Shown: positions 9,884 through 19,687, numbered from the stretch's first letter. The stretch is DNA of 64,000 nucleotides from Candidatus Bathyarchaeia archaeon (GCA_050108155.1 JBNIDR010000007.1:4592-68591); one strand, 5' to 3'. Numbers and translations: made by a program. Notes: a model not told the origin generated them from the sequence alone.

Positions 9884-12445
9884 ATGAGGAATAATTCTAA
9901 AAACTTGTTTTTGGAGAAAAAAACACGCTTTGCGTTGATGACCTTGTTTCTGATGCTGACTATTACAGCGACTGTCTTTACTTTGCCGCTTGCTGCTGCT
10001 CATGAACCTGCATGGACGATTCCAACCTACGCATACATAAGTGTCGCGCCAGACCCCGTCGGAGTTGGTCAAACATGCCTCATTGTTTTTTGGCTTAACC
10101 AACTGCCAGCTTCTGCAGCGGGTCTAGGCGGTGACCGCTGGCGAAATCTAACAATTGACGTCGAAAAGCCTGACGGATCCACAACCGTTTTGGGGCCATT
10201 CGTTTCCGATCCAGTCGGTTCCTGTTACGCTCAATTTACGCCTGATCAGCCTGGCACATACACTTTGACATTCATTTTCCCTGGTCAGGTAGCTTCCTTA
10301 TATGGACCCACTGGAATTGCTGGTTCTAACAGCGCCTACGTCAACGATACGTACGTGGCGAGCAGCGCAACAACAACGTTAACAGTGCAGGCAGATGCTG
10401 TACCATACTTACCTGAATATCCGCTTCCAACCGAGTACTGGTCACGCCCCGTAGAAGGACAGAACTTAGCATGGGCTAGCCTTGTTTCAAACTGGCTAGG
10501 GACTCCACAGATTGTAGCAAAGCTGCAACCCGACGGCATAGCTCCTGGTAGTGCCCACGTCATGTGGACAAAGCCCATTTCATTCGGAGGGATTGCTGGA
10601 GGCCAATACGCCACTGACAATGCTATGCCCTACTATTCAGGAACTGCATATGAAGGCAAGTTTGGGTCGCCACTGATTTTGTACGGACGACTCTACTACG
10701 ATTTACCACAAAGCAACTCCCGTTCAGGTAATGGCTATGTCTGCGTGGACCTTCAAACAGGTGAACAAATTTACTGGCAAAACATGACAGCGCCAACCTT
10801 TGGGCAACTCTACGATTACGAGTCAATGAATCAGCACGGTATAATTCCCAATGGGTATCTATGGAAGAGCGTTACCGACGCCGCCAACGGTGGCACGGTA
10901 TGGATGGCTTATGACCCAATGGATGGCAACTGGTTGTTCAACGAAACCAATGTTCCCAGAGGCACACAAGTTTATGGTCCAAACGGCGAAATACTCATCT
11001 ACCAACTTGACTACGAAGGACGCTGGCTTGCTTGCTGGAACAACACCGCTGCACATGAATTAACAAACTCCAGAGACCCAACTGATTTAACCAGCAGTAA
11101 CTACTATCAATGGAGACCCCTCGGCAAAAACGTCAACGCAAGCGACGCATACTCATGGAACGTAACTATACCTGATTTGCCCGGAGTAAACCCTCCAGCA
11201 ATTGCGACTATTATTCAAGATGATGTGATGGTTGGCACAAGCAGCACCATGGGTGGTCTTTTAGCCGCTGGAACTCCAGATCCTTACACGATTTGGGCTA
11301 TCAGCTTGAAACCAGAAAATAGAGGACAACTGCTGTGGATCAAAAACTACCCCGCGCCTATGGACAACCTAACGCGTTCAATTGCCCAAGTAGACCCAGT
11401 AACCAGAGTCATAGCGATCTTAGAGAAGGAAACACTATGTTACTACGGTTTGAGTTTAGATGATGGAAGTGAACTGTGGGGTCCAACTCCGCGGGAAGCT
11501 GACTTCAACTACTACGCTGATGTTGGTCTACCACGCAACAACCTCGCTTATGGTCGACTTTACTCAGTAGGCTACGGCGGATTCTGCTATTGCTATGACC
11601 TTACAAACGGTGATTTACTTTGGACTTATGAAGCACCTGCCGGCTTTGCAACACCTTACGGACGCTACCCACTCGGTATAGGCGCAATCGCTGACGGCAA
11701 AATCTACTTGTTCTCCACTGAACACTCTGCAAACTCGCCACTAACTCCCGGCGCAAAGGTACGTTGTGTAGATGCATACAGCGGAGACGAAGTGTGGAGC
11801 ATATTCTCCTACGGAACACAGAACGGCATGGCAGTTGCAGACGGCTATTTGGTTTTCCTCGACCTGTATGACATGCAAATTTACTGTGTTGGTGAGGGAC
11901 CAAGTGCAACTACCGTAACTGCACCGCAGTCAGCCGCACCACTAGGAACCCCCGTATTAATCACTGGCACAGTCACCGACCAGACACCCGCCAACATAGG
12001 CACTGCAGCAATATCAGATGCAGACATGACCGCTTGGATGCAATACCTGCACATGCAAAAACCGCTTCCAGAAAACGCTAAGGGCGTAGAAGTAACCCTA
12101 ACTGCAACAGACCCTAACTGCAACGTACACACAATCGGAACCGTCACCAGCGACATCGGCGGTAGCTATGGCATTTCGTGGACTCCACCTGTTGAAGGTA
12201 CATACATGATTAAGGCCACCTTTGGCGGCACGGAATCTTATGGCAGTTCCTATGCAACAACATATCTACTCGTTGGGTCAGCTGCATCAGCATCGTCAAC
12301 TGTTCCATCTTCGTTGTCTCCTTCGCCCTCTGTTGCTCCTTCACCCAAAGAAAATCCAAACACAACTGTATACATCGTTGTCGCCGCAGTAGTTTTGATT
12401 GCAGTAGTCGCCGCAGTAGCCTTGATTCTTAGAAGGCGCAGATAA
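9884..12445 (+). CDS. Secreted PQQ-like beta-propeller protein with C-terminal membrane anchor (paralog 2)
   Basis: 853 aa; same motif series as paralog 1 (YWSRP..GQN, YEGKF, IADGKIY..EHS, GTVTDQ); TM helix and RRRR tail. Confidence 0.85.
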   Translation: MRNNSKNLFLEKKTRFALMTLFLMLTITATVFTLPLAAAHEPAWTIPTYAYISVAPDPVGVGQTCLIVFWLNQLPASAAGLGGDRWRNLTIDVEKPDGSTTVLGPFVSDPVGSCYAQFTPDQPGTYTLTFIFPGQVASLYGPTGIAGSNSAYVNDTYVASSATTTLTVQADAVPYLPEYPLPTEYWSRPVEGQNLAWASLVSNWLGTPQIVAKLQPDGIAPGSAHVMWTKPISFGGIAGGQYATDNAMPYYSGTAYEGKFGSPLILYGRLYYDLPQSNSRSGNGYVCVDLQTGEQIYWQNMTAPTFGQLYDYESMNQHGIIPNGYLWKSVTDAANGGTVWMAYDPMDGNWLFNETNVPRGTQVYGPNGEILIYQLDYEGRWLACWNNTAAHELTNSRDPTDLTSSNYYQWRPLGKNVNASDAYSWNVTIPDLPGVNPPAIATIIQDDVMVGTSSTMGGLLAAGTPDPYTIWAISLKPENRGQLLWIKNYPAPMDNLTRSIAQVDPVTRVIAILEKETLCYYGLSLDDGSELWGPTPREADFNYYADVGLPRNNLAYGRLYSVGYGGFCYCYDLTNGDLLWTYEAPAGFATPYGRYPLGIGAIADGKIYLFSTEHSANSPLTPGAKVRCVDAYSGDEVWSIFSYGTQNGMAVADGYLVFLDLYDMQIYCVGEGPSATTVTAPQSAAPLGTPVLITGTVTDQTPANIGTAAISDADMTAWMQYLHMQKPLPENAKGVEVTLTATDPNCNVHTIGTVTSDIGGSYGISWTPPVEGTYMIKATFGGTESYGSSYATTYLLVGSAASASSTVPSSLSPSPSVAPSPKENPNTTVYIVVAAVVLIAVVAAVALILRRRR

Positions 12446-12498
12446 ACAACAAACAACACCTTTCTTTTTTTTGTTTTCAAAAAGAAAATCGGAGAACT

Positions 12499-12598
12499 TT
12501 AGGGGCTGAGTGGGCTCTGAAGAAAATGATTCCAACTTGCTTGTTGGGTATTCATTCATCTCTCCTAAAATCGCTTTCAGGGTTCCAGTAAACCCTAA
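12499..12598 (+). ncRNA. Conserved structured element, copy 2, canonical hBHBh'
   Basis: Outer UUAGGG/CCCUAA, central GCUG/CAGU, bulges AGU and AAA, inner GGGCUCUGAA/UUCAGGGUUC with three G-U pairs. Confidence 0.75.
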
Positions 12599-12894
12599 TT
12601 TCTCTGAAACAGCAAAACTTGCCCTCAGCAAATTTTGTCTAAAAATTTGAGTTAATGTTTTTTGTGGTATAAACGTTAGTTTTCCTGTGTACGTTCGGTT
12701 TGATTTATTGTCTCTCTGTGTCGTGTTTTCGTGTCTTCCCTCTTTTTTCTTAAGACCCAATTTGGGCTGTTTTTCCGATTCAGATCTTGATTTGAGCGTA
12801 AACTGCGTCTGGAAAGGGTGGAAACGGCAGAAAATGGGTGAAATGTGGAAATGGGCTTTCTTTTTGGATTTGTGCTGTGCTAATTTTTGCAGGT

Positions 12895-13713
12895 TTATTT
12901 CTCTTGTGCTTTTTGCCACATTTTTTCGAAGTATCCTTGTGCCATGGCAACTATGACTGGGTTGTTTGATGTTAAGCTTGGTTTTTCATGTAAATTGGAT
13001 GCTGGGCCAGTAAGCATGTATGCTTCTTTTTCATCAATTACTCCAAACTGCGAAGCAGTACGAGACTTTGTGTATCTAATGTTAAACGTGCCTTTTTGGT
13101 TTAATTTTTTGATAGCTTCCAGTATGTTGGTCGGAATTTTTTTTTCTTCACTATTGCAGACTATAAGACGGAATTTTACGCCGGTATCTAGTAGTTTTCG
13201 AGTTGTTATTTCTGTTCCGTCTAAAATTTTTAGTATGTAGCGGCAAAAGCTTTCGGGACATATAAAAATGCCGTCATAGGTTGCTTTGATGTTTTTGAAA
13301 AGCTTTGCAAATATCCGCATATTCGCTTCTTTACCTTCTGTAAGCACGATTCGAGATTCCTCATTTTGCACTACTCTGTCCAATTCTTGTTGCTTGATAT
13401 TCTCAATTTTCTTTCTTGTTTTTTCCTCAAATTCCCTAAACTCTTCGATTCTGCGTTCAAATAATATTTGCATTCCTTCGCGTAAGGGAAGGGGGTTGAA
13501 AAAGTTTGGTTTTGAGACGATTTTTTGAACTAATCCCATTTCTTGGAGCTTAGCGATTATCTGATAAGTGTGTGCTCTGTCTATTCTAGCGTTTTCTGAG
13601 ATTGCTTTTATGGGTGCGTTGCCAAGTTTGTTGAGAACCAAGTAAATATTGATTTGTAGCTTGGTAAGTCCAAGTTCCGTCAATATCTCATAGCAATCTT
13701 CTTGGACTGTCAC
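12895..13713 (-). CDS. TrmB-family transcriptional regulator
   Basis: LGLTKLQINIYLVL..IDRAHTYQIIAKLQEMGLV; paralog of 8834-9691; divergent from paralog 3. Confidence 0.85.
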   Translation of the reverse strand: MTVQEDCYEILTELGLTKLQINIYLVLNKLGNAPIKAISENARIDRAHTYQIIAKLQEMGLVQKIVSKPNFFNPLPLREGMQILFERRIEEFREFEEKTRKKIENIKQQELDRVVQNEESRIVLTEGKEANMRIFAKLFKNIKATYDGIFICPESFCRYILKILDGTEITTRKLLDTGVKFRLIVCNSEEKKIPTNILEAIKKLNQKGTFNIRYTKSRTASQFGVIDEKEAYMLTGPASNLHEKPSLTSNNPVIVAMAQGYFEKMWQKAQEK

Positions 13714-13849
13714 CTGTCTCTCTCCTAGTTGCCTGAATCTGTAGATTATAAGATCGAAACTTAAATTTTGTGTTAGTGCACGTATGCACTCGCCAGTTTT
13801 TAAAAATCTTCAAAACCATCTCCATAACATAAAAAATGGAGAGAAAAAA

Positions 13850-16456
13850 TTGTACAAAAAATTTGATGCTGAAACAAAAAATAAAACGATTTTTCTGACA
13901 ATTGCTTTGATTCTGATGCTAACTTCGCCTATGCTAATGATGAGCATGCCTACCGCAGAAGCTGCAGATTACGATACTTACGCCTACCTTGCCCTTTCCA
14001 CCAATCCCTTAGGAGTAAATCAAAACGTCGTCGTCGTTTGCTGGCTATCCCTACCCCCACCAACCGCCTTCGGAATCGCAGGTGAACAATGGGAAAACTT
14101 GACCGTAACGATTACCACTCCCGAAGGAAAAACAGAAACCAAAGGACCCTATTCTTCCGATGCCATCGGACAGATATATTTCAGCTACGTTCCAACTGAA
14201 ATCGGCTCATACAAGTTTCAATTCCACTTCCCAGGACAGCTAAGCCAAAACGGAAACTACTACAATCCAAGCGACAGCCCTATAGTATCGCTAACTGTAC
14301 AGCAAGAACAAATAGAACCCTACCCCTACACCCCCATTCCTGACTCAAACACCTACTGGGAACGTCCGATAAACGGCCAAAATCTCATGTGGACAACCTT
14401 TTCAGGGAACTGGCTTGGATTAGGTTCCGCGTCTTTCGGTTCTAGAGCATTTGATTCCTCGTCAAACTACGGCAACTTTAACCCCTACACCGCAGCACCA
14501 AATACCGCACACATAGTCTGGACAAAAGAAAACGGGTTTGGCGGCATAATAGGCGGGGAATACAGCGACCCACCAACATACTACACAGGAAACTCCTACG
14601 AAGCACAATTCACTCCACCCGTAATCATCAACGGAGTCCTATACTATAACACTGCAATTCCCCCCAAATATGGATTCCAAGCAGTAGACATTAGAACTGG
14701 AGAAACACTCTGGTTCCAAAACAGCACAGGACAACAACCAGACCCACAAATTTGCACTGGAACACTTGGAGGCATATATTGGCCTGGAATAACCAACGGT
14801 CAAGTATTGAATTACATAACCGAGAACCAGTACGGCGGCATCCCATATCTTTGGAATACAGCGGGCTCCGTGTGGTCCATGTATGACGCCTTCACTGGAA
14901 ACTGGATACTCAACCTAGCAAATGCAAGTGTATCATCGCCGAATTTCGTTACAGATGAAACAGGTACCTTGTTCACGTACCAAATGGGTGATTCCTGGTT
15001 AGCTATGTGGAACTCAACCAAAGCGGTTCCAACATCAACGACAATACCTGGCTACCGAACTTGGAGACCCGTCACGGGCAGCACAACTGACTGGAGAAAT
15101 GGAATGGAATGGAACGTAACATTAACGACAGCAGTACCTGGTCAATCAATTGCTAGAGTAAGCTCTGACATAATCCTCGCTACTTCCTCAAGGGATGCAG
15201 CTCCAGGCACGCGACTTGAAATTGGTTATGACGCAAAAACAGGAGAGCAACTTTGGATTAAGAACAGAACCCATCTCATTCCTGGCTCAAACAACTATAA
15301 CCTTCAAGGACCTATGGCTGAAGGAGTCTACACTGAATATGTGCAAGAAGAGCAAGCATGGTACGGTTTTAGCGCCTTGACAGGGGAACAACTGTGGGGA
15401 CCAACTGAAGCAACTTCTAATGCATGGAGCATGTACAACACTGGGTCCGCAATAGCTTACGGCAAACTCTATTCACTTTGCTTTGATGGACTACACGCCT
15501 ATGACCTAACCACTGGAGCGCACCTATGGGATTTTGCAGCTTTAAGCAGTGGAGTACAAACAATATACGGTATCTGGCCCTTTGACCTTGGCAGCTTCAC
15601 AATAGCTGACGGAAAAGTCTACATTGCAGTAGGGCACTCACACGGAGTTTTACCACAATTTGCAGACGCAGAAATGTTCTGCATCAACGCCACCACAGGC
15701 GAAGAAGTTTTCAGCGTTCTAGGTTGGATGCAAGACGGTTGGACAAACGCACCAGCAGTTGCAGACGGCTACCTAGTAACCGAGAACGGCTATGACAAGC
15801 AAATATACTGCTTTGGCAAGGGACAAACCGAAACCACAGTGTCATACGAATCGGTAATAGGCAGCAGCACAAGCGTTCTAATCAAAGGCTCTGTAACAGA
15901 CCAATCTCCTGGACAAACTTGTCTTGGAATTCCCGCAGCAGGCACCCCAGCAATTTCTGACGACTGCATGAGTGAGTGGATGGAGTATCTGTATATGCAG
16001 CAGCCCAAACCAACTGAAGCAACAGGCGTTTCGGTGCATTTGACGGCTATTGATCCTAACGGTAACTTCCAAGACATAGGCACAGTAACCAGCGACATGG
16101 ATGGCAACTTCGCGGTAGAATGGACTCCCCCTGTTCCAGGCGTCTACATGGTAAAAGCATCGTTCGAAGGTTCTGGTTCGTACTTCAAATCCTACGGAAC
16201 AACGTCGTTTGCTATATCTGAGCCTTCAGCAGCCTCCGCGTCAATTTCGTCTCAGCTGACTCCAACTCCGCCACAAACAGCAGCCGCGGCATCACCATCG
16301 GTTCCATCGACGCCCGCACAACCTGAATCACCCTCGCCTTCAATAGCCCCGCAACCATCAAGTGAAACACCCGTAGCCATTTACATCACCATCGCAGCAG
16401 CCGTTATTGCAGTAATTGTCGTTGCAGCAGCAATTGCACTAAAAAGAAAAAAATAA
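13850..16456 (+). CDS. Secreted PQQ-like beta-propeller protein with C-terminal membrane anchor (paralog 3)
   Basis: Same motif series; likely start TTG 13850 after GGAGAG; P/S-rich linker, TM helix, KRKK tail. Confidence 0.85.
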   Translation: MYKKFDAETKNKTIFLTIALILMLTSPMLMMSMPTAEAADYDTYAYLALSTNPLGVNQNVVVVCWLSLPPPTAFGIAGEQWENLTVTITTPEGKTETKGPYSSDAIGQIYFSYVPTEIGSYKFQFHFPGQLSQNGNYYNPSDSPIVSLTVQQEQIEPYPYTPIPDSNTYWERPINGQNLMWTTFSGNWLGLGSASFGSRAFDSSSNYGNFNPYTAAPNTAHIVWTKENGFGGIIGGEYSDPPTYYTGNSYEAQFTPPVIINGVLYYNTAIPPKYGFQAVDIRTGETLWFQNSTGQQPDPQICTGTLGGIYWPGITNGQVLNYITENQYGGIPYLWNTAGSVWSMYDAFTGNWILNLANASVSSPNFVTDETGTLFTYQMGDSWLAMWNSTKAVPTSTTIPGYRTWRPVTGSTTDWRNGMEWNVTLTTAVPGQSIARVSSDIILATSSRDAAPGTRLEIGYDAKTGEQLWIKNRTHLIPGSNNYNLQGPMAEGVYTEYVQEEQAWYGFSALTGEQLWGPTEATSNAWSMYNTGSAIAYGKLYSLCFDGLHAYDLTTGAHLWDFAALSSGVQTIYGIWPFDLGSFTIADGKVYIAVGHSHGVLPQFADAEMFCINATTGEEVFSVLGWMQDGWTNAPAVADGYLVTENGYDKQIYCFGKGQTETTVSYESVIGSSTSVLIKGSVTDQSPGQTCLGIPAAGTPAISDDCMSEWMEYLYMQQPKPTEATGVSVHLTAIDPNGNFQDIGTVTSDMDGNFAVEWTPPVPGVYMVKASFEGSGSYFKSYGTTSFAISEPSAASASISSQLTPTPPQTAAAASPSVPSTPAQPESPSPSIAPQPSSETPVAIYITIAAAVIAVIVVAAAIALKRKK

Positions 16457-16520
16457 CACCAATGCTACCAAAACCAACCCTTTCTCTTTTTTTTTAAAAA
16501 CAAGTTAAGAAAGACGAAAA

Positions 16521-16603
16521 CTGGGGCTGAGTGGGCTCTGGGAGATTTGATTTCCAACTTTACTGTTGGTTTTCATTTCTTCTCTCCTATGTTCCTTTCC
16601 AGA
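16521..16603 (+). repeat. Structured element copy 3, lacking its 3' arm
   Basis: GGGGCTG-AGT-GGGCTCTG..TCCAAC..GTTGG..TCTCTCCT..CTTTCCAGA, then unrelated coding sequence. Confidence 0.8.
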
Positions 16604-16984
16604 AAAAGCTGAAGAGGCCACTTCAAAGTTACCATTTCCATTCAACGCTCCCCAATTACTATTATCCAAGATATCCAATGCAGATTTGTTGTATGCTGCC
16701 TCAACACCGCCAAAAATAACGTTTTGAGCAACATGGGTAGTGTATCCGATTGTGAATTTATCGTTGGGATAATATGTTCCATCAGGGTTGATTGAGGGTT
16801 TACCATATTTGTCAAGAAGTGGACCAAAAGCAGATATCGTTACGTTTATTTTTCCTTGATCGCCCGACCCGTCAGCTACAGTGGCTAAACCCTGAGAAGC
16901 AACAACAAACAAACTTGAAGCTATAGATAAAAAAATCAGCAGCCCCGACAAGAAGGCGGCAGTGGTTTTACAAGTTCGTCTCAC
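16604..16984 (-). pseudogene. 5' fragment of a secreted-protein gene, truncated at element copy 3
   Basis: Signal peptide and globular start (MRRTCKTTAAFLSGLLIFL..) run into the element at ..ASSAFSGK; the rest of ORF 16505-16984 is read from the element. Confidence 0.6.
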
Positions 16985-17543
16985 AACTTTCCCCTCCAGC
17001 TTTGCCAGTTAGCTGATATCTTTGCATTTTAGTCTCAAGTATTATCTCCTTAACATCGGTGGGACGCTTCACACCTTTGAGCAGAACACTTTGAAAGGAT
17101 ACACTGTTACTTCTCACCGTGACCGTTCCAAAGTTGAATATTCTACCTACAGCTCCCTGCGAAACAAAAACATCAGATATTTTATCCACAGGGATTTCCT
17201 GGTATTCAGCTCTTATGAAATGACGTTCGGTTGAGACGACACGTTCTGAGACAACGTAAGTACTAGATCGGCCATGATAGTAACCAAAGTTCATTAACAA
17301 TACTGCGATGCCTAATCCTAAAGCCTGAAGCCAAAACAAAGGTTCGTTTGGAAAAAGTATCATGCTGAGAATTGAGGCAATTACGATGGCCATTCCGCTC
17401 GTAAATGACGAAGACGTTAAGACGGCTGGTTCACCTTGCCAAACAATCATATCCAAATATTCAACACCAAGCACGAGTATTATTGAAGTTTTAAAAACAA
17501 CCAAAAGTTTAGAGTGAATACACGCATATGCGTTTCTTAACAA
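16968..17543 (-). CDS. Membrane protein with bacterial PH domain
   Basis: Two TM helices then YVVSERVV..RAEYQEIPVDKISDVFVSQGAVGRIFNFGTVTV. Confidence 0.75.
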   Translation of the reverse strand: MLRNAYACIHSKLLVVFKTSIILVLGVEYLDMIVWQGEPAVLTSSSFTSGMAIVIASILSMILFPNEPLFWLQALGLGIAVLLMNFGYYHGRSSTYVVSERVVSTERHFIRAEYQEIPVDKISDVFVSQGAVGRIFNFGTVTVRSNSVSFQSVLLKGVKRPTDVKEIILETKMQRYQLTGKAGGESCETNL

Positions 17544-17594
17544 ACCGCTAATTCTTGCCTTTTAAACGTCTGCCGCTCAAGATTTTGAAGCCGT

Positions 17595-18860
17595 ATGAAT
17601 GAAGAACAAGAATCGGCGTGCTGGATTGAAGTAAAGCCTCTAATCTCTGCGGAATTAAAATCAGGAAATTTCTCAGGAATCTTGGAGGCGTTATTCAACT
17701 CTGCGAAGCCGTTCAAGTTTCTTGTCGTGGACACCGAGGATAAAAATGTCATCAACAGACAGCTTGTTAGATTTTTTATACAATTTCCAGATGAACAAAC
17801 CATGAAACAAATGTCCAATGTTGCACGAGCTTTTTTAAGCATCGAAGTAAGTACAACTCAGCCTCCAAAAAGGCAGTACCAACGCCACGCTGATCTTGAA
17901 CTAGCTAAAAATTATGCTCTGCCCATTTGTAATTTCCAAGAAAAATCCGATATTAACTTGGTTGATAGAATAGTGGCTACCATCGCAGGATCAAATACAG
18001 CAATAGAAATAACTGCTCTTGGTGATCCGAAAGCAGCAGTTGATATTGAAAACTTCATTTACGAAAAAATTTATCACAAACCAAACATGGGAAAAGCCCT
18101 ATCAGACCAAGCAGTTGGCGTCTTTTCCCAATTAACTATCCAACCAAATGGGAAAAAGGGAGGCAATGAGCCAGCATTTAACTATAGACAAAGTAAAAAC
18201 GATCTATGGCTCAAGGAATTAACAAAAAACGCTGAATCTAAACTTCACAGCAAGCTCTTCACATGCAACATAACAATTCACGCAGACTCGACGGAGAACA
18301 TACAAGCAACAAAAAATGCTTTGCCAACTGCAGCAAATCGGTTCAAAGTATTCAAAACAGAAAAGCATCCAGCCGGAATCGAAGCACTGCATCTCAAGAA
18401 ACCTTCAAGATATACATTTAGAAACAGTTTGCTAACTCGACTCTGGTGGATTACACCAATAAGCGTTCTTTTACTGGCTAGCCTTTTGGGAGTTTTCAAT
18501 CCACTGCGGTTAATGAATTCTTCCTTTCCTACGGTTGATGTAATACCAGCTGTTTTAGCGGTATTTTTTGCGTTGACTTTCTTTATCGCCTTTAGAAGGC
18601 GTCATCCGATCGTTCTTTCCACACAGGAGTTAGCCCAAATAATTGGTTTACCTACAGCAATCGAGAAGCTTTCAGTAGCTTTAGGGCAGATTCCAACCTC
18701 AAGGATGCAGCTCGGTTCTGACCAGAGCTCGTCATCTAAAAACAAAGGAAGTGAAGAGGTTCCAAATCTTAAAGAAAAAGAACAAGTTAAGAAAGTAAAC
18801 CCTGCGCTATCTCTTCATAGCCTTCCAGCTTTTGAACCTGACAAAGAAGAAAGGTCTTAA
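17595..18860 (+). CDS. Hypothetical membrane protein
   Basis: 421 aa ORF with two C-terminal TM segments. Confidence 0.65.
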   Translation: MNEEQESACWIEVKPLISAELKSGNFSGILEALFNSAKPFKFLVVDTEDKNVINRQLVRFFIQFPDEQTMKQMSNVARAFLSIEVSTTQPPKRQYQRHADLELAKNYALPICNFQEKSDINLVDRIVATIAGSNTAIEITALGDPKAAVDIENFIYEKIYHKPNMGKALSDQAVGVFSQLTIQPNGKKGGNEPAFNYRQSKNDLWLKELTKNAESKLHSKLFTCNITIHADSTENIQATKNALPTAANRFKVFKTEKHPAGIEALHLKKPSRYTFRNSLLTRLWWITPISVLLLASLLGVFNPLRLMNSSFPTVDVIPAVLAVFFALTFFIAFRRRHPIVLSTQELAQIIGLPTAIEKLSVALGQIPTSRMQLGSDQSSSSKNKGSEEVPNLKEKEQVKKVNPALSLHSLPAFEPDKEERS

Positions 18861-18906
18861 ATCCTGATTTTTAAATGGAGAATTAATTTTTATATGTGGG
18901 ATAAAA

Positions 18907-19644
18907 TTGCAGTTTGAGTTATTGCAATATACTTTTGCGCTTGCTGTTCTGATTTATGCTTCAGTGCTAGATTTCAAAAGTAGAGAAGTTTCAAATCGGA
19001 TTTGGCTTTTAGCGTTTCCAGCAAGCTTTGCATTCTCGATAGTAGCACTTGCTGTAGGTATTCTAAATTTGGAGTTAATGGTCCTCTCTGTTTGTTTTTC
19101 ATTGGGTTTGGGATTAACTCTGTTTTGCTTTGGGTTCTATGGTGGAGCCGACGCCAAAGCCCTCCTTTTTATAGCATTAGCTCTTCCCGCTTATCCAACA
19201 GCATTTAAACCACCAATTGGTGACTTAGCATTTATACCAGTCATAACTGTATTTTTTAATTCAACTCTCCTGAGCATGATCTATCCGATTTCAATCTTCA
19301 CTTTAAATATCAAGGATATTCTGAGAGGGAAAAACCTCTTTCGAGGAATCAATGCCACAATTAAGGAAAAAATTCTCCTTCTTTTTACAGCGCGAAAAAT
19401 TAGCTTGCACAAACTCGATGAGAGTCTATCTTATTTTCCTTTAGAAACAGTAACAGCAACAAAAGAGGGCAAGCTAACTAGAAAAGTTCTGCATTTCATA
19501 AAATCGGAGGAAGATCTTTCCCCATATATTAATAACCTGAAAGAGCATGAAAACATTTTAGGGGACGGAGTGCTTGCAACGCCAACCATTCCATTTATAG
19601 TTTTCATTACATTGGCGTTAGCGTTAATGCCCCTTATCAACTGA
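18907..19644 (+). CDS. Prepilin/prearchaellin peptidase (A24 family)
   Basis: YASVLDFKSREVSN and YGGADAK aspartate motifs; multiple TM helices. Confidence 0.88.
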   Translation: MQFELLQYTFALAVLIYASVLDFKSREVSNRIWLLAFPASFAFSIVALAVGILNLELMVLSVCFSLGLGLTLFCFGFYGGADAKALLFIALALPAYPTAFKPPIGDLAFIPVITVFFNSTLLSMIYPISIFTLNIKDILRGKNLFRGINATIKEKILLLFTARKISLHKLDESLSYFPLETVTATKEGKLTRKVLHFIKSEEDLSPYINNLKEHENILGDGVLATPTIPFIVFITLALALMPLIN

Positions 19645-19687
19645 TAGTACCTTTTGAATTAGCACAAATGAATAATAAACGGTTGGT

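Noticed and set aside
12341-12956. ORFs 12341-12919 (-) and 12687-12956 (+)
   Set aside because: Low-complexity intergenic sequence spanning the element and terminator; no homology cues
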